Positions 37,531 through 49,308 of a stretch of 64,000 bases of DNA are shown here, piece by piece. The stretch's first letter is position 1. Each line of letters begins with the position of its first letter. The position numbers were made by a program, and so were the translations under genes. The notes under the pieces are model-generated. The model saw only the letters and a list, made by a program, of their open reading frames with translations. It was not told where the DNA came from and made no database searches. Source of the DNA: Elusimicrobiota bacterium (GTDB lineage: Bacteria > Elusimicrobiota > Elusimicrobia > UBA1565); contig JBDRPD010000039.1 in the NCBI GenBank assembly GCA_043827405.1, positions 32,001 through 96,000 on the forward strand, given 5' to 3'.

Positions 37531-38822
37531 GGGGGCTGCGCTTCGCACCGCTGCTGCTGGTTCTCTCCGTCTCGCTGGCGCAGGCGGCGGCGATGAAGGT
37601 TCCCAAGCGGCCCAGGGAATTTCCGCCCACCGGGCCAGCGCCGCAGGAGACCAAGCGCAACCCGCTCGACTTCATTATCCGCAACCTCCGAATGACGACG
37701 CCGGTCGGGCCGCTGTTGTTCATCCCTCTCGTCGACACCAACAAGGACATCGGCTTTCGTTCCGGAATCATGCCGATATGGGCGTTTCGCGACCGGCGCG
37801 GTGACGGCATCGCGGCCGTTCTCGCGCCGTCGGTGCGCTACAACCGCTTTTTGAAGACGGAGTATACCGGGCGGGCGTATTTTTTCCCGAACGAACGGGA
37901 CCTGGTCGTTGTTCGCGGCTCCTACTCCTCGGTCGTCAACCGGGAGATCTTCCTGCGCTATTTTACGCGGGAGTTTCTCGGCACCAATTTCCGGCTGAAC
38001 ACGGAGCTCCACCTCTTTCGCGACGGTAAGTTCTCCTTCTACGGTTTCGGTCCGGATTCGGTCGATGGGGATCAGGCCAACTTCTCCAAGTATAAAATCG
38101 GCGAGGAGGTGACGGTGGGCATCCCGACCGCCAAGCACTGGTTCCTCGAGCTCAGCCATTCCAACTTCCAGTACCAGCTCGGCGCCGGACCGATCACCAA
38201 CCTGCGGCCGCTCAGCGAGGTTTTTCCGAATCAGGCGATTTTGGGTTGGAAGCGCCTGGTCAGCCACGGGGCCGCGATCACCTACGATTCCACGGATCAT
38301 CCGTCCTTGCCGACGCGCGGCGGGCTGATTACTTTGTCGGCGCGTACCGCCCAGACCGCGCTGGGCAGCGACTATACCTGCCAGACATACGCCTCCCAGT
38401 TAAAGTACTACCAGAATATGGTGGATGGGAAGTATGTTACGGTTGCGAATCTGTACTTCGAGCAGCAGCGGGGGGATATCCTGCCGTTCTATGCCCAGAC
38501 CGTCGTCGGTGAGTCCACCGGGCTGCGGCTGGAAGGGGACGGCCGCTTCGTGGACCGGGGCCGCATGGTGTTCAATATCGAGGAGCGCATCCGCGTCGCG
38601 CGCTCGCCGCTGCTCAAGTTCTTCAGCGAGGTGGAGATCAGCCCCTTCCTCGACGTGGGGACCGTTTTCCCGCAGCCCGGCAAGCTGCGCTTTGATAACC
38701 TGCAGCCCGGCCCGGGCATCGCGGCGCGGGTTCTGCTGCGGCCTCAGGTGGTGATCACGGCCGACGTCGCCTGGCGGGGAAGCAAGAAGAACTTCATCCT
38801 GAAGGTGGACTATCCGTTTTAA
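37527..38822 (+). CDS. Omp85/BamA-TamA family outer-membrane protein without obvious POTRA domains
   Basis: Signal peptide, YDSTDHPSLPTRG, GLRLEGDGRF, PFLDVG, C-terminal YPF. Confidence 0.8.
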   Translation: MRGLRFAPLLLVLSVSLAQAAAMKVPKRPREFPPTGPAPQETKRNPLDFIIRNLRMTTPVGPLLFIPLVDTNKDIGFRSGIMPIWAFRDRRGDGIAAVLAPSVRYNRFLKTEYTGRAYFFPNERDLVVVRGSYSSVVNREIFLRYFTREFLGTNFRLNTELHLFRDGKFSFYGFGPDSVDGDQANFSKYKIGEEVTVGIPTAKHWFLELSHSNFQYQLGAGPITNLRPLSEVFPNQAILGWKRLVSHGAAITYDSTDHPSLPTRGGLITLSARTAQTALGSDYTCQTYASQLKYYQNMVDGKYVTVANLYFEQQRGDILPFYAQTVVGESTGLRLEGDGRFVDRGRMVFNIEERIRVARSPLLKFFSEVEISPFLDVGTVFPQPGKLRFDNLQPGPGIAARVLLRPQVVITADVAWRGSKKNFILKVDYPF

Positions 38823-39711
38823 AGCCGTGCCGCAGCTCGTCGTCGGCCCGTTCCTGGCGGTCGCGGGCGGCGAGCGTCCAGACGTTGTAAAACGATACCT
38901 CCGCCCAGAAGTACAGTTCGGGACGGCGGGCCGCCAGGGCGGCCGCGATAACGAGCAGCCGGCTGTTGGCGCCCAGCAGATTCCACCAGCGGATTACCGG
39001 CAGATTTAAGCCGCGGTACGCCGCCGCCGTCTTCTCATCGAGCGTGCCGTCGGGGCGGCGTGCCAGCAGTTCCTCACCGAGGCGCACATGGGAAGCGGCG
39101 AGCCGGCGCTGGCGCAGGGTATAGTCCCGGTGGCTCCAGGCCAGGAAGCGCGCCGCCCGGCCGCCCTCTTCGCTTGCGCCGGACTCCAGGTCGGATTTCG
39201 GGATGCGCCGCTGGTCCACGTATTCGGTGTACTCCGTCCGGTAGTAGTCAAAAAGACTCGCCTGTATGGAATGAGAGATGCCCGCCAGGGCGGCCAGCGT
39301 GAAGATGAGAACGGCCGAAGCATCCGGGTTGAGGCTCAGGTACTTGGCGGCGAGAGCGAGGTAGGTGGCGATAAATACGCAGTAGTCGGCGACGCCGTCG
39401 AGGATGCGGCCATGCAGGCTCGCGCTCTGCGTCATGCGCGCCAGCTGGCCGTCGGAGGCGTCGAAGACGCCGCTGAGCACCAGCAGGCCGAGGCCGGTCC
39501 ACATCCAGCTGTCCCAGTACAGCAGTCCGGCGCCGGCCACCCCCGTCGCCAGGCTGGCCGTCGTCAGCTGGTTGGGCGTCAGGCCCAGGCGCTTGCCGGC
39601 CAGCGCGAACAGCGCTCCCGCCGGCCGGTAGAAATAGATGTCCAGCACGCCTTCGCTCTCATAGGACTTGTAGGCGTTGTGCGCCTCGAGGGCGTCGCGC
39701 AGGGCTGTCAT
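38794..39711 (-). CDS. CDP-alcohol phosphatidyltransferase family protein
   Basis: TPNQLT and D-ASDGQLAR..S..GRILDGVAD signature. Confidence 0.92.
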   Translation of the reverse strand: MTALRDALEAHNAYKSYESEGVLDIYFYRPAGALFALAGKRLGLTPNQLTTASLATGVAGAGLLYWDSWMWTGLGLLVLSGVFDASDGQLARMTQSASLHGRILDGVADYCVFIATYLALAAKYLSLNPDASAVLIFTLAALAGISHSIQASLFDYYRTEYTEYVDQRRIPKSDLESGASEEGGRAARFLAWSHRDYTLRQRRLAASHVRLGEELLARRPDGTLDEKTAAAYRGLNLPVIRWWNLLGANSRLLVIAAALAARRPELYFWAEVSFYNVWTLAARDRQERADDELRHGFKTDSPPSG

Positions 39712-40676
39712 GGCCGGGGCGTTATGCTCCGGCGTTCATCGTAGTAGAGGGCCGTGCCGATGAGCGCCCATAGGATTTCCCGGGCATGGCGAATCAGGCC
39801 GAAGGCGAAGCCGGCGGTTTTCGGCAGCCCCAGCGCCGTGAAGATCGCGGTCTTGCTTATCTCCTGGGTCCCGGCTTTGGCCGGGACCATGAAGAATACT
39901 CCATCGACGGATGCCGAGAGCAGTTCGATGATCAGGGCCGTCTCCACTGAAACGGGCAGCCCCAGAAAACGCATGATCAAATAGGCTTCGAAGGCCCCCC
40001 ATAGGTAGGCCAGCGTGAAGCACAGGACGGAAAGAAGAAACAAGCCGGGGTGGCGCCGCAGGAAGACGCGCGCGTCCTGGTCCACCATCTTGACAACCGA
40101 CCGCCAGCCTTGGGGTTCCGGCTTCTTATGGCCGGTGTCCTTGCCCGAACGCCAGGCCCGGAGCTCGAGCGCGATGAGTAGTATGATCAGGACTCCCAGC
40201 AGCACCATTCCGGCATTGCGGCCGCCGCCGAATGCTTGCAGGGACAAGCGGCCGCTGGCGATAAGCCAGAGGCTGCCCGCGGAGACCAGCGCGAAGGCGA
40301 GGACCTGGGTAAACTTTGAGACCACCAAAGAAGAAAGCCGGGAGGCGATAGGATGATCCCGGCCGATCATGGAGGCTTTGGCCATCTCGCCCGCCACCAG
40401 GGCGGAGGGAATGAGGTAGTGGACTCCGTCGCCGGCGATGCGCAGCTTGAGCAGGCGCCAAAAAGAGGGCACCATGCTCCGGTGCTCCGGCAAAAAGGCC
40501 GCCGCCCAGCCCGCCGCGTTGAGAATATGGGCGACGATCTCCTGGGCGAAGATGAGAATGAAGCCGATGCCGACGCTGCGCAGGGCCCAGGCGACCGACG
40601 GCCACGGCATCTTCCAGGCCAATAGGCCGAATGCCAAGACGCCGACGGCGAGCAGAATCTTTTCTACGCGCTTCAT
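39708..40676 (-). CDS. Lysylphosphatidylglycerol synthase TM / flippase-like membrane protein
   Basis: IPSALVAGEMAK, VPAKAGTQE motifs; polytopic. Confidence 0.8.
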   Translation of the reverse strand: MKRVEKILLAVGVLAFGLLAWKMPWPSVAWALRSVGIGFILIFAQEIVAHILNAAGWAAAFLPEHRSMVPSFWRLLKLRIAGDGVHYLIPSALVAGEMAKASMIGRDHPIASRLSSLVVSKFTQVLAFALVSAGSLWLIASGRLSLQAFGGGRNAGMVLLGVLIILLIALELRAWRSGKDTGHKKPEPQGWRSVVKMVDQDARVFLRRHPGLFLLSVLCFTLAYLWGAFEAYLIMRFLGLPVSVETALIIELLSASVDGVFFMVPAKAGTQEISKTAIFTALGLPKTAGFAFGLIRHAREILWALIGTALYYDERRSITPRP

Positions 40677-40677
40677 G

Positions 40678-41811
40678 TCAGGCGATGGCGCGCTCGTAGA
40701 TCCGGTACTTCTTGTACAGCTTGCCTTCCATGGCCTGCATGCCGCGATTCATTTTCTCGTTGTCTTCCAGAATCCAGCCGAGCTCTCCGTCCCAGCCCTT
40801 GCGCCGGGCCGTCAGCCAGGCTTCCCGGTAGAGCAGGACTTCCAGCCCCCGATTGCGGAAGGCTTTCCTGACGCCTAAAGTGATCAGGCGGACGCGGTCG
40901 ATCTTGCGGTAGTAGTACAGAAATTTCAGCGTCCCCCAAAGGCCCAGCTTGCCGTTGAGGCGGCGCAGGGCTTGGTTGACGTCCGGCAGCAGGATGCTGA
41001 AAGCGACGGTTTCTCCGTCGACATCGGCGAAGTGAATCGCTTCAGGGTCGACGATTGGCTTGAGTTTTTCCGCCATCAGATCCAGCTCCGCCGGCGTCAT
41101 CGGCGTAAAGCCCCAGTTTTTTTCCCAGGCCTCGTTGTAGATGTCGCGGACTATCTGCAGCTCTTCCTCCCAGCGCGCCATGCGCATCGAGCGGATGCGG
41201 ACGCCTTCCTTTTTCGCCACCCGCTCCGCGAGATAGCGAATGCGCTTGGGGATGGGATCCGTGGAAATGAGGAGATAGGAATAGAGATCCTTGATCTTGG
41301 TTAGGCCGGCGGACTCCAGGAGCGCGGAGTAATAAGGAGGGTTGTAGGGCATCATGATAGCGGGGGGATCGTCGAAGCCTTCGATCAGCAGCCCGCACTC
41401 CTCGTTAAACGAGGGGCTGGCGGGGCCGCGCATGACGCTCATGCCCTTGTCTTTGAGCCAGGTGCGGGCGGCGTCGAGCAGCGCTTGCGCGGTTTTCTCA
41501 TCGTCGACGCATTCGAAGAAGCCGAAGTAGCCGCACTTCTCATGGTGGAAATCGTTATAGGCGCGGTCGACCACGGCCGCGCAGCGTCCGACGATTCGGC
41601 CGTCCGCCACCGCCAGGAACAGCTCGCGTTCCGCGTGCTGCCAAAACGGATTGGCCTCCGTCAGCAGGTCGCGGACTTCGGTTTTAAGGGGGGGCACCCA
41701 TGGCGGGCTGTCGCGGTAGATTTCCCAAGGCAGGTCGATAAAGCCGGTGAGCTGCTGCGCATTCCGTACGGCCTCAACGGATGCTTCCGCCGTCCGGCGC
41801 TCAGGCGGCAA
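40678..41811 (-). CDS. GNAT-fold acyltransferase, putative bacterial ceramide synthase (bCerS-like)
   Basis: FIDLPWEIY..WVPPL, GYFGFFEC, MRGP, GLLIEGF, MPYNPPYY, NWGFTP, WILEDN; directly downstream of Spt. Confidence 0.75.
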   Translation of the reverse strand: MPPERRTAEASVEAVRNAQQLTGFIDLPWEIYRDSPPWVPPLKTEVRDLLTEANPFWQHAERELFLAVADGRIVGRCAAVVDRAYNDFHHEKCGYFGFFECVDDEKTAQALLDAARTWLKDKGMSVMRGPASPSFNEECGLLIEGFDDPPAIMMPYNPPYYSALLESAGLTKIKDLYSYLLISTDPIPKRIRYLAERVAKKEGVRIRSMRMARWEEELQIVRDIYNEAWEKNWGFTPMTPAELDLMAEKLKPIVDPEAIHFADVDGETVAFSILLPDVNQALRRLNGKLGLWGTLKFLYYYRKIDRVRLITLGVRKAFRNRGLEVLLYREAWLTARRKGWDGELGWILEDNEKMNRGMQAMEGKLYKKYRIYERAIA

Positions 41812-43021
41812 TCGAGACGCCGTCGCGTTCGGGGCGGGGAAGGAGCCCGGCTTTCTTGCCGCAGTGCTCGAAGAGCTCGAGCGCGCGATCGATATGCTCG
41901 GCGGTATGGGTGGCCATCAGCGTGTTCCGGATGAGGGAATGCCCGGGAAGCACGGCCGGGGTGATGATGGGATTGTTGAATATCCCGGCGTCGAACGCCA
42001 GCCGCCAGAAGCGGAATACCTCTTCATCGTCCCCGATTTCGATGGGGACGATAGGGGTCTCGGTGACGCCGGTGGAGAGGCCCAAAGACTGCAGGCCGGT
42101 ACGCAGGCGCTGCGCATTATCCCACAGCCGCGCTCTCCGTTCCGGCTCGTCCTGGATGAAATCGATGGCCCGGGAGATCGCCGCCACGCAGGCGGGCGGG
42201 AGGGCGGCCGAGAACATCATGGATCGGGCGTTGAGCTGGATGTAGTGGATGACGTCCTTGTCGCCGGCCACGAAACCGCCGACGGAGCCGAGCGCTTTGG
42301 AGCAGGTGCCCACGATCAGGTCGACCTCGTTGTTCTCCAGGCCGAAATGCTCGCAGGTTCCCCGGCCGTTAAGGCCCAGGACGCCGGTGGAGTGGGCGTC
42401 GTCGAGCACGATGCGAGCGCCGTGCCTGCGGGCTGCCGCGACGATTCCCGGGAGATCGGCGATGTCGCCTTCCATGCTGAAGACCCCGTCCACGGCGATG
42501 AGCTTGCCCCGGTCCGCGGGGATGCCGCGCAAAATCTGCTCCAGGTGGTCCATGTCGTTGTGCCGGTAGCGCAGGGTCTCGCCCCAGGAAAGCCGGCCGC
42601 CGTCGATGATGGAAGCGTGATCCCCTTTGTCTACGATGACCACGTCCTTGCGTCCGGCCAGACAAGAGAGGACTCCGAGGTTCGTCTGGTAGCCGGTGGA
42701 AAAGATCAGGGCCGCCTCGCGGCGCTTGAATTTGGCGAGCTTCAGCTCCGTCTCATGATGGAGCTCCATCGTGCCGTTGAGGAAGCGCGAGCCGCCGCAG
42801 CCGGTACCCCAGTGCGCGACGGCGTCCTGGGCCGCCCGTTTCATCTCGGGATCACCGGCCAGGCCCAGGTAGTTGTTGGAGCCCAGCATGATGAGCTCGC
42901 GGTCGCCGACTTTAATCTGCGGTCCTTGGGCGGAGGCGAGAGGGATGAAGTAGGGAAAGATGTCGCGCTCCATAAGGCGCTTCGCGGTGTTAAAGCTGTA
43001 GCACTTGTCGAATATATCCAT
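41801..43021 (-). CDS. spt: Alpha-oxoamine synthase, putative serine palmitoyltransferase
   Basis: FPYF, GSNNYLGL, GSRFLNGT, HASIIDG, DGVFSMEGD, DDAH, GTCSK (PLP Lys); gene context. Confidence 0.75.
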   Translation of the reverse strand: MDIFDKCYSFNTAKRLMERDIFPYFIPLASAQGPQIKVGDRELIMLGSNNYLGLAGDPEMKRAAQDAVAHWGTGCGGSRFLNGTMELHHETELKLAKFKRREAALIFSTGYQTNLGVLSCLAGRKDVVIVDKGDHASIIDGGRLSWGETLRYRHNDMDHLEQILRGIPADRGKLIAVDGVFSMEGDIADLPGIVAAARRHGARIVLDDAHSTGVLGLNGRGTCEHFGLENNEVDLIVGTCSKALGSVGGFVAGDKDVIHYIQLNARSMMFSAALPPACVAAISRAIDFIQDEPERRARLWDNAQRLRTGLQSLGLSTGVTETPIVPIEIGDDEEVFRFWRLAFDAGIFNNPIITPAVLPGHSLIRNTLMATHTAEHIDRALELFEHCGKKAGLLPRPERDGVSIAA

Positions 43022-43036
43022 GGGTCGTCGGCCGCC

Positions 43037-43591
43037 TTAGCGGCGCCTATTTTTCTTTTTGGCTTTCTTCTTGAGGACCTTGATCGCCCGGCGGTACTTC
43101 TTGCGGATATGCTTCATCATCTGTTCCGGAATTTCGGGGGGCTCTAAGTAAGCGCTGTTGCGGTAGGTGGAGCTCATGACGAGGTCCCCCGTCTTGACAT
43201 CCACCATGCGCAAGGATACCGAGTGGATTTCGCCGCTTTCGCTGCCCAGTACGCTGTTGATGGTCCCGAAGATCACGGCGTCCACCTTGGCGCTCTGTCC
43301 CAGGAGCTGGAGATCCTCGGGCTTGAGGGCGTCGGTGTTGAAGTCGATTTTCTGCGTTTTCAGGATTCCCTCGAGCAGCCCGCGCTCAACGACCATAAAG
43401 CCGCTGGACATGAAGCCGGTCGCGAAGGCGTCGGCCATGGCGGGGCCGCCGTTGTTCTGGGACTGAAAGGGCATGACGGCGATGCGCTTATAGTCGCCGA
43501 TCGGCACGCTCTCGGGGATGGTGGTTCGCGTGGGACTGGAAAAACAGCCCGCAAGCAGGACGGGAAATATCAATAAAGGCGCGCGTCTCAT
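43037..43591 (-). CDS. Lipoprotein with CsgG/TolB-N-like fold
   Basis: Lipobox LAGC; RIAVMPF, VVER, VDAVIFG, LRMVDVKTG. Confidence 0.75.
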   Translation of the reverse strand: MRRAPLLIFPVLLAGCFSSPTRTTIPESVPIGDYKRIAVMPFQSQNNGGPAMADAFATGFMSSGFMVVERGLLEGILKTQKIDFNTDALKPEDLQLLGQSAKVDAVIFGTINSVLGSESGEIHSVSLRMVDVKTGDLVMSSTYRNSAYLEPPEIPEQMMKHIRKKYRRAIKVLKKKAKKKNRRR

Positions 43592-43829
43592 AATATCGGC
43601 CCGCTATTGTAGCAGTTTCGTCGGGAGAATAGGACTTTCCATATTTTTCCGTTTTCGAGGAAGCGGCGCTGCGAAGCCGCGGGTTCCCTGCCGCCCGTGT
43701 GCTCCCGGCTTTTGCCGAGTTGACCGCACCCCCTAGTCAATCCGGGTCGAGTTTTGTAGTATAAGCGCGTTCGCCCCCCCTGTTTTCCAGTCGGGGAAAC
43801 ACATCCAACCAGATAGGCAGGTAGCTTTT

Positions 43830-46559
<2,730 letters not shown>

Positions 46560-46574
46560 GCGGACGTCCGAGTT

Positions 46575-48335
46575 CTAGGAAGAGCCGGTCGGGGCTTTCG
46601 CCTCGGCCGGCTCTGCTTTGCCGCTGTCTTTGTAGCGCTTGACCGCGCGCAGGGTCAGAAAGTACAGCGGGACCGCCAAGGCCGCGCCGAGGATCAGGCC
46701 GCCGAGCATGGCCGTGCCGAAAACCTGCAGCCCCACGTCCAGAAGCGCATTGATCCCCGCGATCAGCCCTTCATTCGCCGCGCCGAGCAGGCCGGCCAGG
46801 GCTTCGGAGGCCGCCGGGGCCGCGGGGTTGAACCAGCTGCCGATGGTGTATTCCAGCCAGTAGAAGGGCGCCAGCGTCAGCGGGTTGGTGATCCAGATCA
46901 TGCTCATCGCGGCCGCGGTGCTCGCGCGCAGCGGCTTGCTGAGCGCCAGGATCATCAGCCACTGCAGGCCCACGGTCGGCGTCATGGCGATGAGGATTCC
47001 CAGCGCCACCCCGCGCGCGATGGTCCGCGCGGAAGTTTCATGCAGCAGCGCGTTCTTGAGCGCGTTGCGCCAGGTGTCGCGGACGCGCGTCCAGCTCCAG
47101 ATGCGGGCGCGCTTGGGGGTCTTGAGAGTCTTCTTGCCGGCCTCGAAGCCGACTTCAGCCAGGATTTCCAGCAGGGCTTTGCGGACCCGGCGGTCGAATC
47201 CGGCGGCCTCCTGCGACATGATCGACAGGGCTTTCTCGATCGACATCCCCTCGCGGTAGGGGCGGTTCTCCATCAAGGCGTCGAAGACGTCGGCGACGGC
47301 TACGATGCGCCCCCATTTGCTTATCTGCCGTCCGCGCTTGCCGAACGGATAGCCTGAGCCGTCCAGGCGCTCGTGATGCTCGAGCGCGACTCTCGCCGCC
47401 AGCTTGCGCAAATCCTTCGGCAGGTGGGAGAGCTCGGACAGCATCTGGGAACCGATCAGCGAATGACGCTTGATGGTCGCGAACTCCTCGTCGTTGAGCT
47501 TGCCGGGCTTGTTGATCGTCTCCGTGATCACCGGTTCCGTCTTGCCGAAATCGTGGTAGGTCGCGGCCCAGGCCAGGCGCTCGGCGAACAGCGGCGTGAC
47601 GCCCATCTTGAGCGCTATCAGCCCGCTCAGCAGGCCGACGCGCAGGGAGTGCCGGCCGGTGCCGGCGTCCCGGGTTTCAATGCGCTTGATCATCGCGTTC
47701 TTGAGCTGGATGCGGCGCCGGTCATGGTCATCGCGAGCATCCAGGCCGCGGTTTGCCAGGAGATTCCAGGAGCGCGATAGCACGCTCTCATAGCGCTCGT
47801 CCTTGATATTGTCGCGGCCGTAGATCGAGGGCTCGTACCAGGAATGGGCCAAGGCGGCTAAAGGGCTCGCGGCGTTTTGTGCGCCGTCAAAAAAGGCGTT
47901 GAGCTCCGCGGATTCCGGCAGCGCGCCGTTCTTCTTGCTAAGGCGAGTCTCGGCGGTCTGGCGGACTGAGCGTCCCTGTCCCGCCGCCCCGGGTACAGGG
48001 GATGCGGTGACGGGCTTGACCTTCGCCGCGCTGTTTCGGGCATGAGCGGGAAGTACCTGCGGCGTTTCGATAACTTGGGTAGGGGCAAAGCGCGGTTTAA
48101 GATCGGGGCTCTGGTTGGGAAGCGGCAGGTTCTCGAGGACGGGGAGAAGCAAGGTGCTGCCGAAGGTCAGCGCCTTCAGCGTGCTGTGCTTGTGCGCGCC
48201 GGAGGCCGCGCCGGCCGCCGCCGCGGCGCCGCCGCTTACGGGCGCCTGCACAACCGGCAATTTCCCGATATTCGCGAAGGCCGGGACGTTGAGCGCGAAG
48301 ATCAGCGTCAGCGCTACGATCCGCGATTTCATCAT
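46575..48335 (-). CDS. Signal peptide and leader fused to an HD-GYP phosphodiesterase domain and a C-terminal DUF2062-like membrane domain
   Basis: HSLRV, HDFGK, HHERLDGSGYP, VADVFDAL..RPY; IARGVALG, WITNPLT. Confidence 0.88.
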   Translation of the reverse strand: MMKSRIVALTLIFALNVPAFANIGKLPVVQAPVSGGAAAAAGAASGAHKHSTLKALTFGSTLLLPVLENLPLPNQSPDLKPRFAPTQVIETPQVLPAHARNSAAKVKPVTASPVPGAAGQGRSVRQTAETRLSKKNGALPESAELNAFFDGAQNAASPLAALAHSWYEPSIYGRDNIKDERYESVLSRSWNLLANRGLDARDDHDRRRIQLKNAMIKRIETRDAGTGRHSLRVGLLSGLIALKMGVTPLFAERLAWAATYHDFGKTEPVITETINKPGKLNDEEFATIKRHSLIGSQMLSELSHLPKDLRKLAARVALEHHERLDGSGYPFGKRGRQISKWGRIVAVADVFDALMENRPYREGMSIEKALSIMSQEAAGFDRRVRKALLEILAEVGFEAGKKTLKTPKRARIWSWTRVRDTWRNALKNALLHETSARTIARGVALGILIAMTPTVGLQWLMILALSKPLRASTAAAMSMIWITNPLTLAPFYWLEYTIGSWFNPAAPAASEALAGLLGAANEGLIAGINALLDVGLQVFGTAMLGGLILGAALAVPLYFLTLRAVKRYKDSGKAEPAEAKAPTGSS

Positions 48336-48341
48336 GCTATT

Positions 48342-48407
48342 AAGATAGATGGATTGGGGGGATAATGGTTGGGGTATATGTCCCAGACGGCGGGGCCGAT
48401 GGGCCTG
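48342..48407 (-). promoter_or_regulatory. Tandem GGNC-N4-GNCC boxes plus -10 (shared promoter, copy 4)
   Basis: Minus strand GGCC-CATC-GGCC from 48405, GGAC-ATAT-ACCC from 48383, TATCTT from 48347, ATG at 48335. Confidence 0.68.
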
Positions 48408-48482
48408 GGCCTATCCTCCCAGAAGAAATGGGGCGATTCTATTAAGTTGTATCCTGTATTGTTTGTTGGTAACATATATTGT

Positions 48483-49307
48483 TTGAACATCGATCTGCAT
48501 ACGCATATTCTGCCCAGGACGTGGCCTGATCTGGCCGCGCAGCGCGCCGGCGGTGAGCAGCCCTACCGCGAGGTGCCGGATATCTGTTGGAACATCAAGC
48601 GGCGTCTCGAGGAGATGGACAAAGACGACGTCGGCCTGCATGTTCTCTCGACCGTACCGTCGACTTTTCACTACGGGGCCAAATCCGAGGAAGTTCTTAA
48701 TCTGACGCGCATATTGAACAGCCATCTCGCCGCCTCGGTGGGGATGAATCCCAAGCGCTTTGCGGCGCTGGGGACCTTGCCGCTGCAGGATCCGGCGATG
48801 GCGGTAGGCGAGCTTAAGCGCTGCATGACGCTGCTGGGCCTGCGCGGAGTGGAGATCGGAACTTCGGTCAACGGCCGGGAGCTCGGCGCTCCGGAGCTGT
48901 TCCCGGTGTTTGCGGCTGCCGCCGAGCTGGGCGCCGCCATCCTCGTGCACGGCTCGAAGGACGACTCCGGCCCTGCCGTTAACTCCGTCGCCGCGGCCGG
49001 TATTTTTACCCGCCTGCCGGGGCTCCGCATCGCCTTCTCGCACGGGGGGGGGAATTTCGCCAAGGAGCACGCCGGCAAGTTCTATGCCGACACGCTCGGC
49101 TTGAACGCCGAAGAGGTGAAGGCGCTCGTCGACCTTATCGGAGTCGAGAAGGTCGCCTTCGGTTCGGGCTTCCTGTTCCCGGAAGGGGAAGTGCATTCGG
49201 GCAAGCTCCTCGCCGCGCTGCCGGATCTCGGCGCCGAGGCCAATGAGCGCCTGCTCTCCGGCACCGCCTTCGAATTGTTGGCCCTCACTCCCGACGTTTA
49301 CGTCTGA
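48483..49307 (+). CDS. Amidohydrolase_2 (ACMSD-like) protein, degenerate
   Basis: IDLHTHILP, LGTLPLQDP, GVEIG, FSHGGG; probable TTG start after TTGTAT-17-TAACAT. Confidence 0.75.
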   Translation: MNIDLHTHILPRTWPDLAAQRAGGEQPYREVPDICWNIKRRLEEMDKDDVGLHVLSTVPSTFHYGAKSEEVLNLTRILNSHLAASVGMNPKRFAALGTLPLQDPAMAVGELKRCMTLLGLRGVEIGTSVNGRELGAPELFPVFAAAAELGAAILVHGSKDDSGPAVNSVAAAGIFTRLPGLRIAFSHGGGNFAKEHAGKFYADTLGLNAEEVKALVDLIGVEKVAFGSGFLFPEGEVHSGKLLAALPDLGAEANERLLSGTAFELLALTPDVYV

Positions 49308-49308
49308 T

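Noticed and set aside
41801..43021. BioF or Kbl assignment
   Set aside because: No biotin or threonine-catabolism neighbours, and the bCerS-like and lipid genes favour Spt; disfavoured rather than excluded.
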